Assembly (NCBI GenBank): GCA_963717465.1
Contig: OY970340.1
Coordinates: 1,088,001-1,152,000, forward strand
Source: Candidatus Bathyarchaeota archaeon
GTDB taxonomy: Archaea > Thermoproteota > Bathyarchaeia > Bathyarchaeales > Bathycorpusculaceae
Length of the DNA stretch: 64,000 nucleotides
Reading direction: 5' to 3'
The position numbers and the translations under genes were made by a program. Below, in pieces: positions 42,773 through 51,399 of this stretch; position 1 is the first letter of the stretch; each line of letters starts with the position of its first letter. A model generated the notes under the pieces. That model saw nothing but the letters and a program-made list of their open reading frames with translations, made no database searches and was not told where the DNA came from.

Positions 42773-43089
42773 ACAAAGTGAAAGCATACAATCTCCCTTT
42801 TTTAAGTGTCTTTAAAGGCACTGAACTGACTTGTAAACTAATTTCGGTGTTTTGCTCAAGCCGCTGATATTGATGTTTTTGTGTATTTTGTTGTGACTAA
42901 TTGCTTGATCAACAGCGCGTGCGGAGGAGAAGTGCATAGTCCGAATATGTTTCTAAAAAGGAACAAGAAAATTCGGAGACACTATGTTTTAACAAAACCT
43001 ATAATGCCTAAAAATAGCGAGATAAGGCCTGGTTTTTTTACTAAATGTAAGGCGTACTAAGCGGAAAAAACGTGATAAACCTAAACAAA

Positions 43090-43152
43090 CGCCAATGTTA
43101 AAATAATTTTCACGATATAGGAGGAACTAGTTGTGGTTGTTTAGTAGAACTA
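43090..43152 (+). repeat. ~65-bp direct repeat, copy 2
   Basis: Matches 40916..40982. Confidence 0.75.
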
Positions 43153-43176
43153 TTTAATTTTCTTGTTCGCTGTTAT

Positions 43177-43208
43177 GATCCCGGGTTCAAATCCCGGCGA
43201 CCGCACCA
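43177..43208 (+). mobile_element. tRNA 3'-half fragment (likely Gly-type), att-site relic
   Basis: GATCCCGGGTTCAAATCCCGGCGACCGCACCA: perfect T-arm, 3' acceptor strand and CCA; no 5' half upstream. Confidence 0.75.
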
Positions 43209-43326
43209 CACTCACCACACACTGTATGACGAACAACTAAACGTGTGACAAACAGCTAAACGACTACTAAAAATGAAATTTAGTTCAAATTTACTTACCC
43301 TCACCAACCTATCCACACACAGTCAA

Positions 43327-43402
43327 ATATGGAGTTACCAGACTGGTAGCGCGGTATTTTCTTCTTCCTGCTGTTGCAAACGGTGTTGTATAAGTAGGTT
43401 CA
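43327..43402 (+). pseudogene. Degraded single PQQ-repeat remnant
   Basis: Translates as IWSYQTGSAVFSS/PAVANGVV*VGS with a frameshift and a stop. Confidence 0.6.
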
Positions 43403-43643
43403 TGGCGCACGCGCGTCTAATCCCATAAAGACCTAAACTAGTTAAAGCTTTGGATCTACTAATCATTCTCATTTTTGCATCTATTTTTGCTGCAAAATTC
43501 ATTAATAACCTCAGTCTTGCCTCTTTATTTCATGAAATTCGTTAAAATCTTTTTCTTCTTCATTCATAAGCTGTAAAGTTAAGGTTTTACTACAGTGCGG
43601 ACATTTTAACTCTAAATCAGTTATAATTTTTTCTTCTTAATCG

Positions 43644-43666
43644 AAAAAAACCGACCGTCAGGTCGG
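43644..43666 (-). terminator. GC hairpin plus U-tract after the Mo-enzyme operon
   Basis: CCGACC-TGAC-GGTCGG followed by T7 on the minus strand. Confidence 0.6.
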
Positions 43667-43690
43667 GAGGTCAATCTTAGCAAAAGGACT

Positions 43691-44797
43691 TTATTCCATT
43701 GCACTCATTGGGTGCACGGATAGCTTAGGCATCTCTGCGAGAGCGCCTGGTGGCATGATGTTTGGATATGGTTTCCAGCATCGGATCGAGGTTGATCCCA
43801 GTCCGTTAGTTAGCTTCTTTTTTCTGCCGTCTTTGTAAGTAAAGGTACCTTCGAGCTTATCCCAGTCCAATGCTAAAACTGGAGTATCTGGCACTTGTCC
43901 AGTGCTGCCTGCCAACATACCGCCAGTTACATTTGTGTCAAACTCTAAAACTCCAGTGTCACATTCTGCGACTATTTTGTAATGCGTTGGAACGAAAATT
44001 CCAGCTTGGCGAAGATATGCCCATTCACTGTGTATTATGTCAAATTTAACAACTGGGAAGTACTGTTTCTCATCGACTAAGTAAAGTGACATGTCTTTGT
44101 GGTTGCCGTACTTGAATTCGTACATGCTACCGAAGACTTCATCAAAGTGGAACCACATCCAGTCCTCCCATCCTCCTATTTCCGCGGGGCTTGTATCTAA
44201 TGCGATATATCGTTCTCGGACGCCTTTGCCTTTAAAGTTCACCTTTTTCCCTTTGAGAGTAAATGTGCCTTCAATGGTTCCTGCCCAAAAGTATCCATAG
44301 GCAATGCTGTGAGTTGTAAGCACAGATGGCTTCTCATTTGGTCTCCCGTACCAAGTTGGATATCCTGCACCTTTGTGAATAAAGTCAACTTTCAGCTCGC
44401 TTTTCTTGTCCTCCACATTGTAGTGCCATGTGTGGTCGTCTTTGCATTTGAGATGAAAATCTCCACAATCAATTGCGACCTCATTGGCTGACTTCTTAAT
44501 CGTGAGAGTGCCTCCCGGATAAATAGTCCGGGCTATCGGCGATGTTGGAAAGTCGGCAACCTTGTATATTGATCCAGGTAATTGAGCAACCGTTCCTTTG
44601 TCCGAGGTAACTCTTAGCATGAACATGTCTATCTTCTCCAACTTTAAGGACATCGGTGTTACTCCAAGCCGATACTGTTTGCCATCTTCTCCGAAGACAA
44701 CTGCATCAATCATCCAATCCAAAAAACCTGCCTGGGCGCCCTCAGGAATTCCTGCTCCTTCTACATCTAATGTAACTTCCGGATTTGATACTTTCAC
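43691..44797 (-). CDS. Hypothetical protein, possibly AttH/tocopherol-cyclase-like beta-barrel
   Basis: LDW, GTIEG..TLKGK.V.F.GKG..ER, W.DW.WF; GGAGG upstream of GTG 44797. Confidence 0.6.
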   Translation of the reverse strand: MKVSNPEVTLDVEGAGIPEGAQAGFLDWMIDAVVFGEDGKQYRLGVTPMSLKLEKIDMFMLRVTSDKGTVAQLPGSIYKVADFPTSPIARTIYPGGTLTIKKSANEVAIDCGDFHLKCKDDHTWHYNVEDKKSELKVDFIHKGAGYPTWYGRPNEKPSVLTTHSIAYGYFWAGTIEGTFTLKGKKVNFKGKGVRERYIALDTSPAEIGGWEDWMWFHFDEVFGSMYEFKYGNHKDMSLYLVDEKQYFPVVKFDIIHSEWAYLRQAGIFVPTHYKIVAECDTGVLEFDTNVTGGMLAGSTGQVPDTPVLALDWDKLEGTFTYKDGRKKKLTNGLGSTSIRCWKPYPNIMPPGALAEMPKLSVHPMSAME

Positions 44798-44847
44798 CGT
44801 ATTCACCTCCTTTGAAAATTAAAAAAAAGAGAACTAAAAAAAGGACC

Positions 44848-47157
44848 TTATGGTCCTGCGTGTCCTGTGTTTGTTGGGTATACTTTAGCGAGAAGGGATT
44901 TGAAGTTACAGGCTCCTAGTTCTGGGCTAAGCTGTTCCGGGTCGTCTGGCACTGTGGCATTGATGTTCCAGTCTGTCCATCCATACAGTGTTGGTTCCTC
45001 AGCTGGTAGCTCTGGACGCCACCAACCGTGTTCAGGAGAAACAATCTTTGGATTAACACCGAAATCATACCGTACCTGCTGCATGCATCTGCCAACAGGA
45101 GTCTCAATCCAGACCCATTCGCCATCTCCAATGCCCATGTTGCGGGCGGTCAATGGATGCATCTTAACTCGCGGGAATGGACGTAGATGTCTCATTAAGC
45201 TGAGATGTCGATGCTCGCCATGTTGAGCTTCTTGGAATCTTGCTCCACTGCACATAATCAACGGATAGTCCTTAGCAATATCAGGCGCCGCAATCGGCGT
45301 CCAAGGATTCTCAGTGTAATACGGCAATGGATCATATCTTAGCTTTTCTAGAATGGTTGAGTAGAGCGCGACTTTGCCTTCAGGTGTTCCAAATCTTCTC
45401 ATCAATCCAGTCCCTGGATCAATTTCCTCGTACTTCTTGTATCTTGGCTCGTATGGTGGTACACCTTTCCATTGCTTTATGACTTTTTCACGAGTCCAGC
45501 CTGATCCCTCATAGAACATGTCCTGAAGTTCTTCTAGAGTCTTCCATGGCCAAGCGGTTTTGAGTTTTTCCTCGCCGACTACACCTACAGCAAGATGTCG
45601 GTATATTATGCTGTCATCCTCTAGATCCCACAGGCCAGGTATTTTCATTGGTAACGCGCGGTCACCTGCAATTTCAAACTCGACTTGTCCCTGAGTTGAA
45701 ACAGATCCGTAACCTGATGGTCTCTCAAATTGGCTGGTGCCTGGTAACACGTAGTCTGCCAGCATTCCTTCAGGAGTCATCTGAGCACATTCAATGTAAA
45801 CGAAGAGTTCAAGCTTCTTTAGAGCCTCATACACTTTTTTGATGTTGGGGTAGCATCTCATCGGGCCAATTTCACCAGAAATCATTGCCTTGATCGGATA
45901 GGGTTTTCCTGTTATAATTGCTTCCATTGTAGCTGGAAAATTAGGACCCCTTGTTCCACCAGATGTGCTCTGTCTCCAATATCCTTTGTCTGCACTTGCC
46001 CCTAACAGATGAGGCGTAATATTGGCGTTTTCAGCTCTATAATTCTGGATTCCTAACTGTTTTGCCATTTGTTCACGGTTGGCAATCTTTGCTAATGAAG
46101 CTGTTAATTGAACAGCAGTGTTGAAGTTTGGTTTTGCATGTAGGTATTCTCCGCCTTCTACGTCGATGTTTCCTGTTAAAGCAGGTAGCATGTATTTGGA
46201 TCGGACGTTGCTCATAGAGTTTCTGCCTCCATTTTCTATGGCGTAACCGTATGGGAACGTGCAGGGATTGTTTTTAACTATCCACCTGGCTGCTTCTCTG
46301 ATTTTTTCGGCTGGAATCCATGTGATTTCTGCAGCTTTCTCAGGTGTATACTGCTTAACGCGTTCTTTGAGCTTATCAAATCCAAAACACCATTTCTCCA
46401 CAAACTCGTGATCGTATAGGTCCTCTTCAATGAGAACGTTCATTATTGCCATAATCAGCGCAGTGTCAGTTCCTGGTCTAATCGCCAACCACATTTCTGA
46501 GTTCCTAGTAGTCTCTGTGAACCTTGGGTCGACGTTAAGCATTTTCGCGCCACCTTCCACTCCTGAAACAAATCCCGGCCATGAATACGTCCAGGATTCA
46601 CTTGGGTTTGTGCCGATCGTAAAGATGCCTTTGGTCTTGCCTGGAATTATGTTCGCATATGTTAATCCCACGCCATAGCCTAACCCTAAGGCTACAAACG
46701 TGGGGCCTGCTCAAAACTGAGCTGCAGCAGAGCCAAAGTTGGGGCTACCTATTGCCACATGGAAAGCGGCCAGTCCGATACCTAAGCCACAAGATCGGCC
46801 GGTGCCATGGAAACCACATACTGTTTCATAGCCATATTTTTCCCCTAATTCCTTTACCTTGGAGGATATTTCGCTGTATGCTTGCTCCCAGGATATTTTC
46901 TGCCATTTGCCTTCGCCGCGTTTGCCAATGCGCTTCGTTGGGTACATTGGCCTGTCCTTGTGGTAAATGTACTCTACAGAATACTTCCATTTCTGACAGT
47001 ACGGCCCAGGATTAAATGGGCTTTCCCAGTCAGGTTCAACTTTAACGATTTTACCGTTCTCAACAAATTCAAGCAACTGACAAGAACCAGTACTGCAAAA
47101 ACCGCAAATGCACCTGTGCACTCCATCGTAGCTTTTTGGGTCTTCAATTTCACTCAT
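44848..47157 (-). CDS. Molybdopterin/tungstopterin oxidoreductase (DMSO-reductase family, acetylene-hydratase-like clade) with in-frame TGA at 46711-46713; candidate selenoprotein
   Basis: CGFC....C...C 4Fe-4S motif, KR.GKRGEGKW..ISWEQA, VDPR, IRPGTD.A, ADYVLP, C-terminal HGWW; the two ORFs are in frame: SAAAQF-TGA-AGPTFVALGLGYGVGLTYAN. Confidence 0.8.
46667..46704 (-). promoter_or_regulatory. Candidate bacterial-type SECIS hairpin
   Basis: CCCACG-TTT-GTAGCCT-TAGGGTT-AGGCTAT-GG-CGTGGG, starting 6 nt after the TGA, with a G-rich apical loop. Confidence 0.45.
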
Positions 47158-47212
47158 CAATTTTATCTCCTATTTTTATATGCTTTACACCATGAAAGCC
47201 AATTACTCGACT

Positions 47213-47330
47213 GATATTTAAGACGGAATAAAGGCTAGTTTACTCTTTTGAGACAAAACAAGATAGTTATCAGCAAAGATGCTGGCACTGTTGCATTTCA
47301 AATGTGTTTTTGACATTAATATTGCAATGC
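47213..47330 (-). promoter_or_regulatory. Conserved ~120-bp promoter/operator block upstream of the Mo enzyme
   Basis: Strong similarity to 49487..49605. Confidence 0.7.
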
Positions 47331-47427
47331 GTTTTTTGAACGAATAAATTAGTACTGCAAATCTTTTAAAAAAGGGCATTCTTAAAAAAATAAGCTTAAT
47401 TGCTAAAAAAGGAAATGGGGGAAGAAA

Positions 47428-49419
47428 TTAAATTTCTCTTCCCAATTTGTGACCAAAATACACAGCGTCGCAAATGTTGTGTGGACTGTTAGCATCTCCG
47501 AGACGGAAGAGGTTGCTGTTTTCCTTCCATCCTTGCTCTCTCAATTGCCAGAACAGCGTGTCGTTTGGCTGTTTTGATGTACAGAGTACAAATGTATCAG
47601 CTTCTACTTCAAACATTTCATGGTTAAAGCCGTTCATGAAACCGCCCTTATTCCCATTAATATATGTAAGCAGTGACATTGGACTGAACTTTACTCCTTT
47701 TGACATAGGACGCTCGTACATTTGAGCAAATTGCAAAGTCATGAACGTATCATTGCCGCCAATAAAGTGCCCCGCTGCCCTGATGTCAACAGTTTTTCCT
47801 GCATCAGCCAACATTTCAGCAAGACCTAAACCTTCATCATAACCAATTTGATCATAAAGTATTATTCTGGGACCAAGTTTGTTCATATCAACTTTGCCTG
47901 AGAGTATGTCTTCCCCGTTTACTACGTTTGGTTGATCCCAACCCTCTATGGCACAATATACGCCTGCATTGTCACCATCACGTTTAGGCTCTGCTCCAGT
48001 AGCAACTACCATCACATCAGGATTTATGCTTTTAACAAGTTCAAGTGTAACTTCCTTATTGAGGACAATCTTAACTCCTAACTTGTCACACTGTAACTTT
48101 AGCCATCTCTTGAAGCCATCATATTCCTGTCGTACAGGCAGTTTCATTGCTAAATTAATGGCCCCGCCGACGTCATTTGACTTTTCGTAAATAGTAACCT
48201 CATGACCCCTTGTTGTTGCGATTCTTGCGAATTCCATGCCACACGGACCAGCACCGGCAACCAAAATGTTCTTTCTCTTTGCAGCAGGCATAAGCGTTCC
48301 TATTCCCCAGTATTTCTCTTCGCCGACCGTTGGATTTACAGTGCACATCCTGGCACCAGTTTTCATGCAGCCTTCATTTTCATAAATGCATGGCCTTATG
48401 TCATCTAATCTTCCTGCCTTGGCTTTATTTGCAAATTCAGGATCAGCTATTTGACCCCTGCAAACGCCGATCCAGTCAGCTTTGCCTTCAGCTAAGATTT
48501 TTTCAGCGAATACTGGATCGTTAATTCTCCCTATGCAGCCTATAGGTATTTTCTTTACAACTTCTTTTACAGCTTCAACTCCGTACAGTTGGTAGCCAGG
48601 CTCCATGTACAGTGGAGCAACTATTACGTTTAGCCCTGAGGGTTCGATTGCTATGTCTATGTCCAAAGCATCAACCTTGTCTTCCAGTTTCTTTGAAATT
48701 TCTGCTCCATCCATAGGTCCTATCCCACCAGGAATAAATTCATCAACACACAGCCTGGTAATGACTGCCATGTCACTGTTAACGCCTTCCCTGCATCTTT
48801 TAATTGCTTCGTAAAGATACCTTAATCGATTATCTAAGCTTCCACCCCACTTGTCTTTTCGCCTATTCGTTAAGGGAGACATGAAATTGTGCACCATGCC
48901 CCCATGATCATGAATTTCGATGCCATCAAACCCTGCTTTCGCAGCGTTCTGTGAAACCAATCTGAAACCGTCAAGTGTCGATTCAATTTGCTCATCAGTC
49001 ATCATTGCATTTGAGACCCTGGGATCTTCTGGGTCTACAGTTCTTGAAGGACCCCATCTACCCATCCAAACCCCACTAAGTCCTATTTGGGCGAAAATTT
49101 TTGTACCAGTGCCTGCATCGTGAACCATATCAACTATTCTTTTCAGTGCTGGAACTATTTCTGGCAATGTCCCGCGTGGATATGCAGCAAAACGAGAGGT
49201 GCTGGGACGCCCGTTTTCAAATGGATAACATGAAATGAATCCATAACATATCAGCCCACAGCCACCTTTCGCTCTTTCAGCCTGATAGTACGCCAAATGT
49301 TCTGTTGGTATGCCGTCTTGTATATGTGCATTTGCGTGGCCGGATAACATAATTCTATTAGGAATTGTTACGGGCCCCATTTTCAGCGGAGAAAAAAGAT
49401 ACTTAAATTTTACACTCAA
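47428..49419 (-). CDS. NADH:flavin oxidoreductase (Old Yellow Enzyme family with FAD/Fe-S domain; TMADH/BaiCD/2,4-dienoyl-CoA reductase-like)
   Basis: LFSPL..G.V...NRI, RAKGG.G, AGFDGIE.H, N.R.D.WGGS..NR, IRPCI....C, AGAGP.G. Confidence 0.9.
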   Translation of the reverse strand: MSVKFKYLFSPLKMGPVTIPNRIMLSGHANAHIQDGIPTEHLAYYQAERAKGGCGLICYGFISCYPFENGRPSTSRFAAYPRGTLPEIVPALKRIVDMVHDAGTGTKIFAQIGLSGVWMGRWGPSRTVDPEDPRVSNAMMTDEQIESTLDGFRLVSQNAAKAGFDGIEIHDHGGMVHNFMSPLTNRRKDKWGGSLDNRLRYLYEAIKRCREGVNSDMAVITRLCVDEFIPGGIGPMDGAEISKKLEDKVDALDIDIAIEPSGLNVIVAPLYMEPGYQLYGVEAVKEVVKKIPIGCIGRINDPVFAEKILAEGKADWIGVCRGQIADPEFANKAKAGRLDDIRPCIYENEGCMKTGARMCTVNPTVGEEKYWGIGTLMPAAKRKNILVAGAGPCGMEFARIATTRGHEVTIYEKSNDVGGAINLAMKLPVRQEYDGFKRWLKLQCDKLGVKIVLNKEVTLELVKSINPDVMVVATGAEPKRDGDNAGVYCAIEGWDQPNVVNGEDILSGKVDMNKLGPRIILYDQIGYDEGLGLAEMLADAGKTVDIRAAGHFIGGNDTFMTLQFAQMYERPMSKGVKFSPMSLLTYINGNKGGFMNGFNHEMFEVEADTFVLCTSKQPNDTLFWQLREQGWKENSNLFRLGDANSPHNICDAVYFGHKLGREI

Positions 49420-49486
49420 CTCGCATCAAACTCCCATTTTTACTTAATCTTTTTTATTTTCAGTGTTTCGACACAAAGGACCGACC

Positions 49487-49605
49487 GATATTTAAGATCG
49501 AATGTAGGCAAGTTTCAGATCCTGCGACAAAGACAAAACATGCGTTAGGTGAGTTGCTGGCGTTGTTGCATCGTAGATGTTTTTTTGACATTAACATTGC
49601 AATGC
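49487..49605 (-). promoter_or_regulatory. Conserved ~120-bp promoter/operator block upstream of the OYE gene
   Basis: Strong similarity to 47213..47330. Confidence 0.7.
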
Positions 49606-49797
49606 ACTCTGCTTCACCCTAAGTGATAAGAATGCAAACCCTTGATTGATAAGAACAGAGAATTGCAATTGCAAGCAAGAACAGCATTCAACTTGCAGTT
49701 CGAGTTTTTATGCTTGAACAGAGATACTCAAAAATAGAATGATTGCAATTATGCGTCCTGTAGAGTATTGGCCAACTAATCTAAGTATTAGTAGGAG

Positions 49798-50388
49798 TTA
49801 TTTTTCGGTCAGCTGTCTCTTACTAGGAGGATGCAATGGTTTTTTAGGCTGAAGTAGTATGGACTCCAAGTTTCGCAATGAGAACGGTGTCGGAAATTTG
49901 GTGCTCGTATGAAAAATGAAGCTACTCATGTCAATAGATGGATGAGATGGAAATTCTTCTTTGGATTTCTTAGCTAGTTCCAAGTAGTCATCATAACTCT
50001 TATGTGCAGATATAACAACCCAATTTACTCCCCACGCATCTTGCTCTTGCAAGATACCCAGTATTTCTGGGTGCCTCTGAGATAATTCTTTAACTTCTTC
50101 GGCTTGCTTTTGTGTTATCACTTCAGTAGTTTTGGCAAAAGAAAATATGATTAATTCTATTCCTATTTTATGGAGGTCAGGTATTAACGTGTACTCTTTT
50201 ATATAACCCTCGTGCTCTATCTTTCTTTTTCTTCTAGATATTGTTGAGTTGCTTATACCCAAATTCTTAGCAATCACTCTATCGCTTCTACAACCCAACT
50301 TCATCAGAGCAAACAGAATTCTTAAGTCCATTTGCTCACTTTTATCTTGCTTACCCATAAACCCCACAATAATAGGGGGAGTACTCAA
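49798..50388 (-). CDS. Lrp/AsnC-type winged-helix regulator (start probably ATG 50361)
   Basis: RSDR.IAK.LGIS..TISRR..K.E.EGYIKEY; shares FP.PFSLRN C-terminus with 15754..16386. Confidence 0.8.
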   Translation of the reverse strand: MSTPPIIVGFMGKQDKSEQMDLRILFALMKLGCRSDRVIAKNLGISNSTISRRKRKIEHEGYIKEYTLIPDLHKIGIELIIFSFAKTTEVITQKQAEEVKELSQRHPEILGILQEQDAWGVNWVVISAHKSYDDYLELAKKSKEEFPSHPSIDMSSFIFHTSTKFPTPFSLRNLESILLQPKKPLHPPSKRQLTEK

Positions 50389-51065
50389 ATGTTTTAAGGT
50401 TTTCGCGTGAGAGTTTTATTGCAGTTATATTTTAATTTTTGCAACAATGATCGCAGCATTTAGAAGCAAAATGGTTTTTCAGTAGCAAAATACAAAAAAT
50501 ATAAGTAATCAACTTTAAAAGATGAAAACAACTTCCTTTTGCAAGGATAGCTAGAGGGGGGCTGCTTGTCACTCACTTCAGATGATTCTAATCTCCTAAA
50601 GTTCCTCTGGCTATCCAAAAAAGCCGGTAGCGCGTGCGAGTTGCGTCTCACCGGTTCGTTCCATACATGGGAGGCCTGCGACTGAACATACTGAACTATA
50701 CACGGCTCGTTTCTCGAAAACTTGCTCCAATTGATCAAACGCTGCTAATCCGCGAGACTTTTTACTTTTTCTTTTCATTTTTTAAACTCCTTTTTATGTG
50801 CGTTATTTTAAAATATAATACGCTGTACTTCAACCATGTCAACATTGCCAAGAGTAGCAATGGCTGGCACGCGTACTATTGAGAAATATAAAGAATACCT
50901 CGAAATATTTACTTCAACAAATTATTTGGCGATTAAAAGGGGCATAGGGGCGTAAAATAAATATCAATCTATTCTTACGAGCGCGCTTCTTTGTAACTGT
51001 ATGTAATTGTAATTGTGTTAGTAGGGGAGTATGTATAAGTGAAGAATTAGCAGGGTTTGGATTTG

Positions 51066-51090
51066 GGATTAAATTTTAATCTTTCTCTCT
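51066..51090 (+). repeat. Near-palindromic GGATTAAATTTTAATC(C) site plus CT tract, copy 1
   Basis: Same site at 55640..55656 and 63289..63305. Confidence 0.6.
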
Positions 51091-51209
51091 TTCTCTCTCT
51101 GATTCTAACAAACTAACTCTCAGCCACACCGACACACGCTAACCACGACTGACTTTAAACCTCAACCGCTAACTGTCTCTTCTTATCACTCTTTCCCACG
51201 CATTATTTC

Positions 51210-51278
51210 GTTAGGTCGTTAGCTCGTTCGTTCCAGTTAGTTCCAGTTAGCTCGCTCAATAACTCGTTAGCTCGTTCG
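51210..51278 (+). repeat. Short tandem GTTAGCTCGTTCG / TTCCAGTTAG repeats
   Basis: Directly visible reiterated units. Confidence 0.6.
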
Positions 51279-51399
51279 CCCGCGTGCCTAATGTCTTTCA
51301 GTCAGACTGTTTGTCACCGTCAGTCGGTCTGTCACACACACAAAGGTACTTGAAAAGATAGATAAGTCTTTTAAGCTATAATCTTGTGAAAGATAATCA

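Noticed and set aside
43140..43208. Intact tRNA gene
   Set aside because: Only the T-arm and 3' acceptor strand are present; no D-arm, anticodon arm or 5' GCGGTCG upstream.
51210..51278. CRISPR mini-array near the cas1-like remnant
   Set aside because: Units are 10-13 bp with no unique 30-40-bp spacers.
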